A DNA stretch of 63,893 nucleotides from Rhina ancylostomus (GCA_030265395.1 JARFYF010000036.1:26209264-26273156), one strand, 5' to 3'; shown: positions 26,801 to 40,119, numbered from the stretch's first letter. Program-made: numbers and translations. Notes: generated by a model not told the origin, from the sequence alone.

Positions 26801-27750
26801 ATCCCATGGGAATGCTTAAGTAGATAAATACAAAACTAAACTAATGCTGGGATGAAAGATTAAACATGCAAAATACTCACTAGGTCAGGCAGAAGCTGGT
26901 CAGGACAAATAAACTGATGCTTTCGATATTCATTCAAAGAGAACAAGAGATAAACCAATTTATGGCATTTGTAGATAGATTAGATAACAATAAGCAAAGC
27001 ATTAATTACCAATCACCAATGGCACGGAAAAGCCAAGGAAATGTATCAACATGATATCAGCAGATAATAATTGCTTGGTAATATGAAACCTCAGGGCAGA
27101 GTGAAAGGCCGATGACATGCTTAACCAGATGATAATCTTATTTTTTTAAACCTTCAGCCATTTAGCTCCAAGAGTGAAATCACCAATATAGAGACATATT
27201 GACAAAACAAATACAATTAATAAACCAAAGACCATTAGTCTTAGTTACATTGAAGAGAAGTGATTGAATGGATAGTCTATACCAGAGATATAGTAATCAG
27301 AACTAGTCAGTTGGAGTGAAGTTCAAGGGGGAAAAAAAAGTGGAATAGTGATCACCACAGTTGCCATTGATGAATCATTTTTCATCTTCAAAGAAATGAA
27401 TTGAGAGTCTGATTTTAAATATACTGTGCACATGGACTTACTTCAAAGTGGCATGAGAATTTCCTCCCTGTGCTTGGAATATAGTAAATCAATGGCATTA
27501 GTAAATGTGTCAAAATTTGAAAGAGCAGCCAGTTAAGAACAAAAATCTATCAGAGCAAACAACAGAAACATTCAGTCAAATTAAAAAAAGAATGAATTTC
27601 TCTCATTGCACTCCTTAATACAGTCTTCCCGAACTTGCACCTGAGAGGTTTGTGAATATATTTGGGAAAAGCACCCTTCAGATCTGCAGTCAAACACAGA
27701 TGAAAAGGAATAAAGCTTGAACTTAAATTCCAGACAATGAAAATATCAGA

Positions 27751-28185
27751 AGACACAAGAGACTGCAGATACTGGAAACCAAAGCAAATACAAACTGCCA
27801 GAAAATATCAGTGGGTCCAGCAGGATCTCTGAAGGAAAAGGGATAAATCGACATTTCAAGTTGAGGCCCTGCATCAGGACTGAAGGTATGGAGGGAAGAT
27901 AGCTGGTACACAGGAGGGGTGAGACAGAGGCTTAGAGGTAATAAATGGAAATATAAAAAGAAAATTTAAATCTGATGGAACCAGGAGGGGGAAAGAGATA
28001 GGGANNNNNNNNNNTAGATATGTGGGTAATGGGCAGACAGAACCAGGTGGGAGAATGCAGAGAGTCTAGGTAACCAAAATGAAAAGAGGGGGCGAGAAAA
28101 GAATGGAAGAGCTGAGCAAAAGGGAGAGAGACACTGGGTGGACTGGTGGGAACAGGAAAAGAACATGCGGGAGTGGGTCACCTGA
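27751..28185 (-). mobile_element. Penelope-like element terminal region
   Basis: gacacaagagactgcagatactggaa...aaactgccagaaaatatcagtgggtccagcagg...gaggccctgcatcaggactga followed by a purine-rich tract. It is the reverse complement of the motif at 18170-18232. Confidence 0.75.
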
Positions 28186-29094
28186 TAAAAATACTAGGTT
28201 CTTCTTGGTTTGTAAAAGATAAAACAGGAACAAATTCAATTTTTCCACCATGACAGCATTTACATTAGACTGTACATTAGTGAACTGATTCCAAATATTA
28301 TGATGATTCAGACACATCCTAGAGTAGCATTTTGAGAGGAAATTCAATTTACCGATGTCCTCTCTTTACAAATTCAGAAATGGAAACTATGACTTTGGGA
28401 CCCAATCAAAGTGCTGGCCAGCATCATGAACCAACTTTTCCGAAAATGAAAAATTTAACATATGTTCCCATCATAAACCAAAGAAATGAAGGCTGCTCTT
28501 TCATTTTAGAAAGACTTGATTCAAGTCACACACTACACTAACTATTAATTCCCTAGAATGAATCAGCAAAACACCTCCAGGCATGAGTTCCACAGTGAGT
28601 AAATCGCTCACTAACAAAATGGTTGAGATTCAGGAAGGAAATACATCAGTATATTTTACTGGAGCTAATAGAGACAAAAACTGAAATTCGTTGCATGGCT
28701 TATTTGATTACATTTTGTAGACATCACAGAGTGCCTAACTCCAACCAACTTCCTGCCAATCTTGCTGTGACAAAACAAGCTGCCACTGCTTCCCAGATGT
28801 ATTGGTCCCATTTCATAATTCTCCTGCTGCCCACTGGTAAGGATTCAAGAGCTCACTCCGAGTGCCCAGTGTTCAATATTAACAGGCTTTTCAGCTTATG
28901 GGGTTATCAGAGCAGAGCTTGAGATTTTTTTCTCATCCTTTGACCACACATGTAGCAGAACCATGGAGTGAGCCTCAGAGAACTCAATATAAACTTGGAA
29001 TCAAATCTGGAATCATCAAAAGTGTGGTCCGGCACCTCATTAAGAAATTAACAGCCCTTCCAGGTGAAGCAGGAAGATACTGGTCTCCCTTCCA

Positions 29095-29310
29095 TTCTAG
29101 TGTACTACACTAGGTGCTCACAATTTTGTCTACATTAGAGAAACCAAACACACTGAGCTCAGTTTGCAAGAGGCACACTGAGCTTTCTGTTGCCTGTCAC
29201 TTTAATTCTCCATCTCAGTCCAACCTGTCTGTGTTCTCCCACACCATTATAACAAGACTCAACACATACTTGAGGAACAGCACCTCATTTTCTATCTGGG
29301 CACCTCTTCC
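29095..29310 (+). mobile_element. Penelope-like GIY-YIG endonuclease fragment (pseudogenised)
   Basis: Across frameshifts: LVYYTRCSQ...YIRETK...SVCKRHTELSVACHFNSPS...LEEQHLIFYLGT. Confidence 0.8.
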
Positions 29311-29457
29311 TCACCTGACAGTAGTCTTTGTGTATGCTCTTGTTTCAGATGGAAAGGTCCAGCATGCCACACAACTCCAACATCTGCCCTAGTTTACTAT
29401 TGTAAGCATGCTTCAATTTTCCTCTACAGATTACATCAGTACAGTATTTTAAAACCT

Positions 29458-30112
29458 TAAAAACAGAAAGTGCTAGAAACATCCCACAGCTCAGGCAGCA
29501 TCTGTGGAAAGAGAAACATTTTACATTGTAGATACTCCGTCAGAACTGGGAAAAAGGGAGAAAAAAATCCTTCCAGGCTCAATATGGAACTCAACAACTT
29601 CAGGTAAATCACTTTGTTGTATCTGAATTGGTTAATTCTGCTGCAGGTCATCAATAATAGTGGCTAAGTTTTTTCTCTCACCACCAGTATGACCCAATGT
29701 ACTGGATATTTCCTACATCTCTGCATTTTGCAGCTTATTCATTTTTTTGTTTTCTCTAACCACCCTTATTTATCCATCACCCAGGTGACACCATCTACAG
29801 CTTACTTCCACTGCAACCCTGGCATTACCCTGTCAGAGATTCTCTCTTTGTCCTATCTATCGCACACCAAACTTCTCTGCAACTTAAAACCAAGCTGCTT
29901 TCTTTCNNNNNNNNNNNNNNNNNNNNNNNNNNNNNNNNNNNNNNNNNNNNNNNNNNNNNNNNNNNNNNNNNNNNNNNNNNNNNNNNNNNNNNNNNNNNNN
30001 NNNNNNTCTTTCTTCCCCAGTTCTGATGAAGCATCTTCAACATAAAATGTTAACGGTTTCTCTTTCCAAAGTTACTACCTGATCTTTTGGGTATATCTGG
30101 TACTTTGTTTTC
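29458..30112. mobile_element. Penelope-like element remnants (inverted termini, contains a gap)
   Basis: aaaacagaaagtgctagaaacatcccacagctcaggcagcatctgtggaaagagaaac ... cccagttctgatgaag...acctgatcttttgggtat. Confidence 0.65.
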
Positions 30113-30171
30113 ACGTTTTTGCATCAGTACAGTTCACCACTGTACTAATGCAAAATGCAGGAAAAAAATTG

Positions 30172-30255
30172 AAACATAGAACAGTATAGCACAATACAGG
30201 CCCTTCGGCCCACAACGCTGTGCTGACCTTTAAACCTTGCCTAAGACTATCTAAA
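30172..30255 (-). mobile_element. CR1/SINE-shared 3' tail, relatively young
   Basis: aacatagaacagtatagcacaatacaggcccttcggcccacaacgctgtgctgacc retains CpGs. Confidence 0.75.
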
Positions 30256-33200
30256 ATCCTTACAATGGGACAGATGCTGGACCTTTCCATCTATAGCAGG
30301 GGCATTCAAAATAATTTTTGTCAGGCAAGGAAGAGATATAATATCAATATTAAAACAGCACAAAAAATATAGAGAATTAAAAGTTGTGAAGATTCATATA
30401 TTAGTTAAAAACAGATGGTCAGTAATTTCCATTGTTTCAGTGAAAGACTTCAGTGGATGGTTTGAGACTTCATGCTACCACAGAGAAAGATCAAGTTCAA
30501 TATAAACCAAAATTCAGAAAGACCACATTTAAGAGTTTTACAAGGGCTAATTTCAAACATGTGAGGGATCAGCTGCAGCAAGAGTAGGGACTTGCTCACC
30601 AAGCTTCCATAGAGGATGTGGAATACACTTAGAAGCAAATTGTTGGGCCTGCCAAGGATCAGCAATTATAAACTAAACAAGCATGACAGTTTACAAATTA
30701 ACATTAATTAGATTATCATATTTTTAAAACCCAGAATATCCTTCCTTTGATGACTGCCAATTGTTTTCATTGGGTTGGTTGAGGCAAAAATATTAGCCTG
30801 TCTATCTGTCAAAAGGTTTCTCAAAATTCTGAGCAAGTTGAAATGACTTTGGTTCTGCATCTTGCCTCAGAAATGTCAAATAAAGGAATTGGGGTTGCAG
30901 TGAAATGTCATTATAGCTTACATCTTTAAATACTTGTAAAGTCATGGGTAAGCTACAAATGACATGCACCATATCTGTCAGAGGTTTATGATTCCAGCCT
31001 CAGACTCCNNNNNNNNNNNNNNNNNNNNNNNNNNNNNNNNNNNNNNNNNNNNNNNNNNNNNNNNNNNNNNNNNNNNNNNNNNNNNNNNNNNNNNNNNNNN
31101 NNNNNNNNGGTAACAATTAAACTAACTTATCAACCATCCGGGGTAATGAATCTGTTCCTTTACCTCCCCCGCCCCCCCCCCCCCCAAAAAACAGACATTC
31201 ACTTCAGAAAATACACAAAAATTATTTGAAAGTGTAACTGTACCTCCACAGTATTGTAATGAATGGCACCAAAAACACACAAGACTGATAAAAAAGAACA
31301 ACTACTAAAAGTGGAGAGTGGAAATTAGTTCTGCCATTCATAGGAGCAAACACATATTGGACTTTTGAATTTAACATAATTATGGGAACTCATTTGTCAG
31401 TAGGGGTGTCCATAACCAGGGACAGCCTTTAAATCCAGGAAATAAGGATCTGCAGGTGGTAGAACTATGCAGTCTCAGTGGCATGGATCCAAGCAGTTCA
31501 CTTGACAAGACAATAGCAACGGCTTTTTCCAATAGCATATAAATGGCAACATTGAATAAATCACTTTTCCTGAAGATTGGGGACAAGAGATAGCAGAAGA
31601 TAAAGTTGTGATCACTACTACAAGTAATATTTCTTGTTTGTTAGCTACAGCTTCAATACTTGCAGAGAGAAATGCAATGATTTTAAAACATTAAAATGAA
31701 TAAACATCTTGTTTCATAAGGCATTCAATTCAGAAGGAAGATGAGTTTTAGAAGAGTAGATTGTTTGATCTGGTATTCATTTATCTTAGATAATCTATAG
31801 GCTTTAGTATTTAGCAGTTCCTACAATATCTTGCCAATATTTGCTTACCAAGCAGGTCAGTGCTTCGGACAATGTTTGGTCACTATTCAAGGGCTACTGA
31901 GGAGGTATAAACAGGAAAGATATTGCTAAATCTGTATTACACTCAAGCATCCTTAACCTAAGAAATAGAAGACCGAACAGCGGTTCAAGCCCGGTTCAGT
32001 AAGATCATGACTGAAGTCCTCTTTGATTTCAATGCTACTGAAGTCCAATTACAGGATCACGGTAGCTTTGACAATCAAACTTCCAGAGCAAGTCATCGCT
32101 GGAGAAAAAGGGAGAGCAGATGGTGGTCAGAGTAAACCAACAATATAGCTTTCAGGAGAAGCTTAAGAAGCCATAAAAACAAAAACAAAAAAGAAGAAAA
32201 TTAGGGAGATGCAAGGAATGCAAGATTCTCCAAATAAAAAGGACAACACATTTCCCCAACTTCAAGTCGTGAACTGGTAGGGCTAATCTGCAAATCTACA
32301 ATGGAAAATATCACATCTGATTACTAAATAATTTTTTTTCTATTAAAATTCTAAATATACCAAAAGGGAAGAATTTCTATTTACATTAGTACTGAGGAAA
32401 TTTATGGAAGATCCCCATGTCATTGTCAAGTTCTCCAGGAGATTTCATTGCGGTTGAAGAGGAAGTTGAATGATGAATGGATTTTAAATCTGTTGTAATA
32501 TTTGACAATTGCAGTCTTTTTTTTAAATAAAAGAAAGTGGCTGACGACACTCAAAGTCATTTTGTAGCCATCAAATAAATAAGCAATACATTCGTATGTC
32601 ATACAGGAAGTTCAGTTGTTATAGAGTTAAAATGCTTGTGTGCTAGGAGGCAATTAGATGCAACAGCAAAAAGTGACTAATTCACTTGGGAAAAAGAGTT
32701 GAGCCAAACAGATTTACATTGACCACAAGAATTAGGAGGAAAAAAAATTGTGATAGTAATGTGTTTAAAAGCAGTTTGCCACATCTTTTAACACAATGCT
32801 GGTCCCATCTCTGGTACTAAAGCTTCTTCTGATAGATACAAAAAAGTTTCAACGAAGCATGCATGCCAAAAAAATCTGGCAGGCACTACAGCTGCTGCTT
32901 TCATTTTTGATCAGCATAATACTATTTGTGCTACGTACAGCTGATTTGAGTTGGCGATTACATAGCTGGGCACTACTTTAGAGTGAGATATTTCTCATTC
33001 ATTACTAAGCCATTCACTGTCATGCTCATCATTGATTGGATTCTGTCCAACTCTACAATCTTCACCATATCTGTACTGCTCAATGACAAAAAGATTTCCA
33101 TTTCCCTTCTGAATTGTTTTATTTCCTTAAGGCCAAAGTACCATATTTGACAAGTCAGGTGCAAGGATTTCTATGCAGTTGTGTTCTTTGAAGTCTCTAA

Positions 33201-34589
33201 TTACATACGGAAATAGTTGCTTGCAAGCAACCACGAACTGGGAAATCCCACAATGTTTAGCGACCGCTGGCGCGTAAAGGTTTAATTGCAGCATTTAGAA
33301 ATTTACTTTACTCACAATGCCAACCTAAATAATGCAATCACCCTGCTCACTTACCCTTTTGTCTTTCTAATGCCTCATGCAAGTTCCATATGAGGTATCA
33401 ACCAACATTGTTGCCAAGGTCAAATACAAAGAAAATAAACCAAACTGCAGTGCTCCAAGGAAGAACAAAGCAAGCTACTTAATGCATAACTCCAGCAGCC
33501 AGCAGTATTTACTTTGCATTGCACCTGTTTGGCTAATTCTACTAAAATACAAAAACAAAACAAATTATATAAAGTGCACACTAAGTTTGTTAAAATATTC
33601 AGGTCATTTTTGTTTATAATTCTTGATAACACAAATAATCTGCATCAACAAAACTACAGCTGAGAGTCAGTGTTCTGAGATATCTGCTTACTGGGATAAG
33701 TCTACATTACCCTGCCTTAATGCCTTGTAAAGTCTGTACATATGCAATTATATACCTGAGAGCACATGGATGCACCAATACAGAGATACATGTACACAGA
33801 CACAACAGATAGTCAATGGTGATCATTGGTGAGATCAGAACTGAGCTAGATCTCTGAAATACATGCAATTCTAAAATTATATAACAATGTATATTTTTGA
33901 ACTTGTGTAGATTTGAGTTCTATTCAAGGGCAGCTACATGCCCAATTTCTGCTCAATGAGAGAACAAATTAAAAGCACCACCATTCCAGCCAACTGTAAC
34001 AGCAATCTTTGAACCAGCAATGCAAACGAGCAATTTCATTAATGCCACTGGTGAGTTTAACCAGAGTTACAAACAGTGGTAATGAAGCTACTATTTATAC
34101 AGTGACTTCACTGAATCACTAATCCCACTGAGCTGTAGCTATTGGCATTAATAACTTCCTGATACCAATTCTGTAGGACCAGATCCTTTGTCAAGAGACC
34201 TGATACAAAATAAAGGTAGGTAGGTAGGTGTGGTGTGTGGAAACAATGGTTTTATTGTATTCAGTGACATAATTCAAGGCAATTCACTTGATTGAAATAT
34301 TCTTCATAGTCTCATCTTTCAGCTGTGCTGTTCATTCTTAATAAATATTCAACTCTATGGACTAAATATACATACCTGTGTCCCATTTTTATTAAGCCAC
34401 AATTTAATGAACTAAAAATCTGGGACACCTGAAACAAAAACACAAACAGCCTCAGAATTCACTTCATTGATAGCTTGGGTTTATACATAATCAAATTTTA
34501 ATGATTGCATAGCCTGAAAAGAAACATTTTTAAAAGAAGTACGTTATCATGGATACATACTTGCCAATTGTCTGCATTTGCACATTGGG

Positions 34590-34850
34590 AGTCCAGATCA
34601 AATGCAGCTTTCAGTTCAAGCAGAGTTAGACAAAGGTGGGGGAAAGAACAGGGCTGGAAAACGGAATTGAGGCTGGAAGAGATTATTGATATAGGCTGAA
34701 GAGAGGATAAATCCATGCCCTTCCTCAACAGCAAGACACAAAACTGCAGAAAATACACATTTAGGGGAAGGAATATCAAATACTGGAAATACTCAGCAGA
34801 CCAGTCAGCAACTAGTCTCTCTCTTAAAAACATCAGATTAATCTTTATAG
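34590..34850 (-). mobile_element. Penelope-like remnant
   Basis: aaatactggaaatactcagcagaccagtcagca terminal motif, plus similarity to the reverse complement of 13300-13400 (ataggctga...ggataaa). Confidence 0.5.
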
Positions 34851-35019
34851 CTACAATGAGTGAGAGTTAGGGCATAACATCTGCACAATCCTGCCTGAGT
34901 CTCTCCTCAGGGTTGAGAGACTGAGCTGGCGGCAGGAGTTTTTGAGGCTGTAATTTGTGGGCCCCTTTTTTAACTTATACATGAGGATATGGGGGGGGGT
35001 CAATGCTGGCACCCAGACA

Positions 35020-35315
35020 TGGCAATCCTATTAGCTTCAATCACCCTTTGATCACTTCTCTATACTCCCAAAACATATCCTCTCTCACAAATACCCATCA
35101 GCTCCATACTGATTACTTTGCCATAAGCCAAAAGAGTGATTTACAGTAGCCAATTAAGCACCCTGCATGTCTTTGGAATGTGGGAGCCCCCAGAGTACCT
35201 GGTGGAAGTTCACACAAGTCACAGAGAGAGAATGTGCAAACTTTGCAAAGACACAACTCAAGTCAGGGACTAACCTGGCTCGCTGGATGTTGAGGCCGCA
35301 GCACTAACTGCTGAC
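35020..35315 (-). mobile_element. V-SINE (HE1-like tRNA SINE)
   Basis: atttacagtagccaattaa...catgtctttggaatgtgggag...gagaatgtgcaaact...gcagcactaactgctg is the reverse complement of a V-domain SINE. Confidence 0.85.
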
Positions 35316-35649
35316 TAGTGTCTTGACAACATTTTAATTTAAAAAGGTCAGACATTTTCTAAGCAAACATGAGTGGGAATTGAAGATGAAGTGGGCTGTG
35401 TACACTGAGCATATTGCTTTAAGTGATTAGAATCCTGAGATGCTGCTTGGGCCTGAATAACATTCACAGAGAACCCAGCCAGAAAAGGGAAAGCTGGGGA
35501 GTGGCAGAGGAGAATAATCAGTTACGAGCTGTGTTATTTAAAATTCCCCCAAACTAAATTTAATGACTTTTGCATAATTTGCATAACTATTGTTCAGTGA
35601 TAAATGGAAGATCTGTCAAGTCAAAGTGGAAGAAATGACCATTCTGCTG

Positions 35650-35668
35650 TACAGCCACCTAGTGGCTC
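35650..35668 (-). promoter_or_regulatory. CTCF-like motif (reverse)
   Basis: Minus strand gagCCACTAGGTGGCtgta is a full match to core CCACYAGRKGGC. Confidence 0.5.
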
Positions 35669-35744
35669 AGAAAGGAACAGCAGCAATCAGCAATGCAGCA
35701 AAAGCTGAAATAAAGTGTTAAACTGTGGAATCCGAGATATAATA

Positions 35745-36180
35745 ATTTTTTAAAACTTAGCATGTCAGGCAGCATTCTTCAGAGAAACTTATTTTTCATA
35801 GAGTTTTCTTACTTCTCCAGTTCTTATGACTTGGAACATTAAATCTTTCCATGGATTTTGTCTGACCTACTGAATGTTTCCAGAATTTTTGTTAATCCGA
35901 TTTTCAATTTCAGCTACTGATTCTGCTTTTCTTATTTACACCTTCTCCAGACCCATTTTTTAAAAAAAATATTGAGTTCCATTGTCTTTAACCATACACC
36001 CTTTTGTCATTTAAAATTGCTCCTGCCTATCATGGATCTTCCCGTTTATTCCTTCCTCCCCTCCTTTTCTTGCATCTTGAAACTTGTTAAACCTGAAGCA
36101 ATAACTCTCAAAAACTGCTGCCTAATGTGCTGCCTGTTTAAAGCATATTGGATCTTAACAAAGATAAGATCTTGTTTCTA
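35745..36180. mobile_element. Penelope-like remnants
   Basis: cttagcatgtcaggcagcat ... tctgacctactgaatgtttccagaatttttg and ccttttgtcattta...cctatcatggatcttccc. Confidence 0.55.
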
Positions 36181-36959
36181 ACCTGATACTTAACCATTTA
36201 CTATGGCAGATTCCCAGTTCATTAAATTGATTCCATCACAGAGGGAGCATGGCACAGGACAGGCTTGCACAACATCCAGCCCGATAGATAGTTTTTTCCA
36301 GACTACCCCAAAGCCTTCAGCAGCATGACAAAGGCCAGGTACAGACCCTTCCCAGCTAAGATACCTGATTTGTGCACAGCCTATAAAAACGAACAGTCTT
36401 TCAGGAGACTGCGGGATATATTTAGCAGCTGCTATGGGGCTGCAGGCATCTTCTGCCATGTGGGAACTTGGACTGCGGCTACGTTTCCAACTTGCCAACC
36501 ATTTGGATTATGAACAGTTCACAAGAACGGAACCTGAGGAGGACCTGTATATAAGTGGTCCTATTGACTGCCTGGTGGCATGTTTCCTACTGCACAAATC
36601 GGAGTTTAACCAACTAAAACCACCAGCAGTACCATGCCTATTTGGCTGTCTCTAATTTCTGTGTCAACCTACTTGTAAACTAGTTGGACTAACCTTAGAA
36701 AATTACATGCAAGTTGATGAGACCAAGAGTTCTGAGATGTGCATAGTATAATCAAGTAATCTGAAATTCTGCAAATTCAAATATTTTTCAATAGTTTAAT
36801 TTGGATACTCTTCAAGATGGTGGTGGTTTCACTGTGTTCACACTGGCCGAAAACATACAAATCATGGTTGCGTACTGGAGGGAGATGGAGGTTGAGAGTT
36901 ATTCACATTGAATTTTCTTTCAAAACTTTGTGAAATACTTTCACAAAATCTGATACATC

Positions 36960-37290
36960 AGTACAGAAGTGCAGTGGATTGAGTTCTGCCTCACAGCTTC
37001 AGCAAGCCGGGTTTGATCCTGACCTCCAGTGTTGTCCATTGGGAGTTTGCATTTTCTCCCTGTGACTGTGGTAGTTTCCTCCCATATCCCAAAGATGTGT
37101 GCGTTTGTAGGTTAATTGGCCGCTGTAAATTGCTCCTAGTATGTAGATGAATGGTAGAATATAAGGGCAGTTCGGGATAACCTGGGGAGAATAAAATAGG
37201 ATTAGTGCAGAATTAATGCAAGTGGTGTGGACTAGTTGGGCCAAAAGATTCATTTCCATGCCATATCACTATGATTCTATGGTTCAATGA
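36960..37290 (+). mobile_element. V-SINE (HE1-like), near full length
   Basis: tRNA head (tgcctcacagc...gggtttgatcctgacc), V-domain (ggagtttgcattttctccctgtgactg...tttcctcccatatcccaaagatgtg...ggttaattggccgctgtaaattg) and CR1-like tail (ctatgattctatg). Confidence 0.9.
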
Positions 37291-37719
37291 CATAGATGAT
37301 GTAATGAATTTAAAAGTACTAGTAAGAATTGAAAGAAATTTCCACATCTAAGATGCCAGAATATATTCAGTATCAACATTTACCTTTTCATCTGTCATAG
37401 AAAATTAGATGCCAACAACAGCAATTTCTCTGTGATCACCCCCAGGATGCGTAGGGTTGATCCTTCTGTTCCCCACCCCCAAACATTATGCCTTTAAGAG
37501 CAAGGTAGGTCAAACACAATAGTTCAATGCTACAACCTTAAGTAATACATGCTTTTTAACATCTCACTACTAATCAAACCTACTCAATTTATAAAATCCT
37601 TTATAATGCTCACTTTATCAGTAAATATTCAACAAGAGCAAAGGCAGGGACAATCTGGTAGAGCAAGATCCAAAACTGACTTGAGAGTTGCCAATTTAAC
37701 ATCATGCTCTGTTGAGTGC

Positions 37720-38196
37720 TGTTACAGACTAGGTTACAATTNNNNNNNNNNNNNNNNNNNNNNNNNNNNNNNNNNNNNNNNNNNNNNNNNNNNNNNNNNN
37801 NNNNNNNNNNNNNNNNNNNNNNNNNNNNNNNNNNNNNNNNNNNNNNNNNNNNNNNNNNNNNNNNNNNNNNNNNNNNNNNNNNNNNNNNNNNNNNNNNNNN
37901 NNNNNNNNNNNNNNNNNNNNNNNNNNNNNNNNNNNNNNNNNNNNNNNNNNNNNNNNNNNNNNNNNNNNNNNNNNNNNNNNNNNNNNNNNNNNNNNNNNNN
38001 NNNNNNNNNNNNNNNNNNNNNNCCACACACACACGACAAGTTTAGTTAGTTTTGGGAGTTAATGTTCGGGGTTTAACATTTTTACTTCTAACATTTTTAG
38101 ATTTATTTTACTTATTATCATAAGTAGTTATTAATAAAGTAGTTTTTTTAACACATACATGTCTCAGTGTGTTTCTTTTGTTGCTGGTTTGTAACA
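37720..38196 (+). mobile_element. LTR (solo LTR or collapsed LTR retrotransposon)
   Basis: GTGC|TGTTACA...TGTAACA|GTGC: TG..CA termini, a 7-bp perfect terminal inverted repeat, a 4-bp TSD and AATAAA at 38133-38138. The interior is mostly N. Confidence 0.85.
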
Positions 38197-40119
38197 GTGC
38201 AGAGATCCAAGGTGTAACTTCACTTTTGGCACTCCTACTCATGCAATGCTGCACGATTCTATTTCCAAGGTAAAATCAACAGCGAAATGGAAAGCTATCT
38301 GCACTGTATTGCACGCTTTCCACCATTAATTTTAGCCACTTGACTTCCTGAATATGAATTTAACCCCTTCATGGCATCATTTGTGCCTAATGAAAAGTTG
38401 CAATTTTTCATTGGTGTTAATGCATGGAGAAGCTTTATCATTTATTGCCAGACCAGACTATTTGAAATTCATATAGTCAGTGTCTTTATTACAGCTTAAC
38501 CTGCAGCATATGACCATTTTAAGTCATTGCAATAAACAAAGCTGACCTTAAAAATTACATCCTGATTACGTTCCTTCCAGGACCAGAATATCTGCCCTCC
38601 TTTCTACATGTCAGAGTTTACTTCAAGCTAAATCATCATTACACAAACTATGAATGTAGCACAACAGGTTTTTATTTCAAATTCATTTTGGAATGTGGAC
38701 CTTGTTGGCAATATCAGTATCAATATAATTGGTCATTCTTTAAGCAATTAGTTCTCAGATATTTTCTTAAATGGCTCTAGTTCATGCCACAGCACAACCT
38801 GCGATCAGACAGTGTGGAAAATGATATCTCTTCCTTGCCTCAGGAGTACTGCAGTCCTGCACTGTTGTGCTGAGCAACTGTGCACCAACTGGGTAACAAA
38901 CCCAACATGCCCTTGACCAGGGGGGTGAGTATTTTGAGATATTGAATTTTGAGATATTGAAAACTGCTAAGAGATGTTAATCTAGTTCAGTATTGTAATG
39001 CTGTAATGAAGTATTTCATTGTTGTAGGCTATGTACTTCAAATAAGACATTAAATGGAAGACCCACTGCAAAACAAAAAGTGAAAAACCATCTCCCTACC
39101 ATTGTTTGCCATCTCCCTACCCAACAAGTCAAACTCAATCAATAAATTATTTACAGATAAAGCATCAGTTTGACACAAAATTTATATGCAACTCTACAAG
39201 CTTCAGTACTTCCTCCAACAGTTAATTTTACTCTTCTGTATTTATTGCACAAAGTGCAGATTCTTAAATGGCAACAAAAATGACAGTCACTAGGGAAAAT
39301 TGCTTCCCAATGACATTACTAAACTTCCAAGATAAAATCTGCATCAAAATGGATGAAAAACTTCATTAGCATGGAGCAATAGTGTATGCCAATTCAAGAA
39401 TGTTAAAAATTTAAACAGTGATCTAAAGGAGAAAGACAAAAGCCCAAATGGTTTTATAAACACTGGATTCCCTGGGCCCTAATTTGATAACTAAATCTGC
39501 TGTCAGAATTACTTGCTGATACTGTTGCTTATTCATGTGTTATTTATTCGTAGAATCACACACAGATGGAATTACGCAAACAAGGAAAATATGACTGCTG
39601 TAGCACAAGCTTAAATCTAGGCTAATGTTATCCTTGCGGCATTTTCTTCAAAGCTGCATATAATATGCAATTGTGTTGTTTGAATTCATTTCAAGAAGAA
39701 AACATTTATAAAGCAAGTGGCATTTTCTAAATAAGTTACAATAACAAGTGCACCAATAGCAGCCTACTATAACATTCATAAAACAAAACTCAAGAACAAG
39801 ATTCAAATATTTAAATTGATGTAAATGTTTTTATCATCACTAAAAATTAGTCTGTGAGCACAACTGCAATCAACAACTGTTAATTTTGAGGACTTGGCTT
39901 CAGTTTTCTAAATTTGCAAATATATACAGAACTTGACTAGGTTAGGGAATAGAGCCTATTAGATCTATAGGCTGGCATTTAGAGAAATGATTCTGATGAC
40001 TTAGCACTCCAATAATAAAGATTCAGCATCTGAATCAAAGTATGGTTTACAAAGCAAAACTGGAAATAGCCAAAAGCAGAATGGTGTTAGATTATTTATA
40101 AAGTGAAAATTCTGATGCA

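Noticed and set aside
32973-33164. Minus-strand protein-like frames
   Set aside because: Short, bounded by stops, and without matching splice signals.
37549-38049. Long ORFs (101-166 aa)
   Set aside because: They are open only because they run through Ns.
38931-38962. Tandem attttgagatattgaa duplication (similar ones at ~39090 and ~57467)
   Set aside because: Ordinary two-copy slippage duplications.
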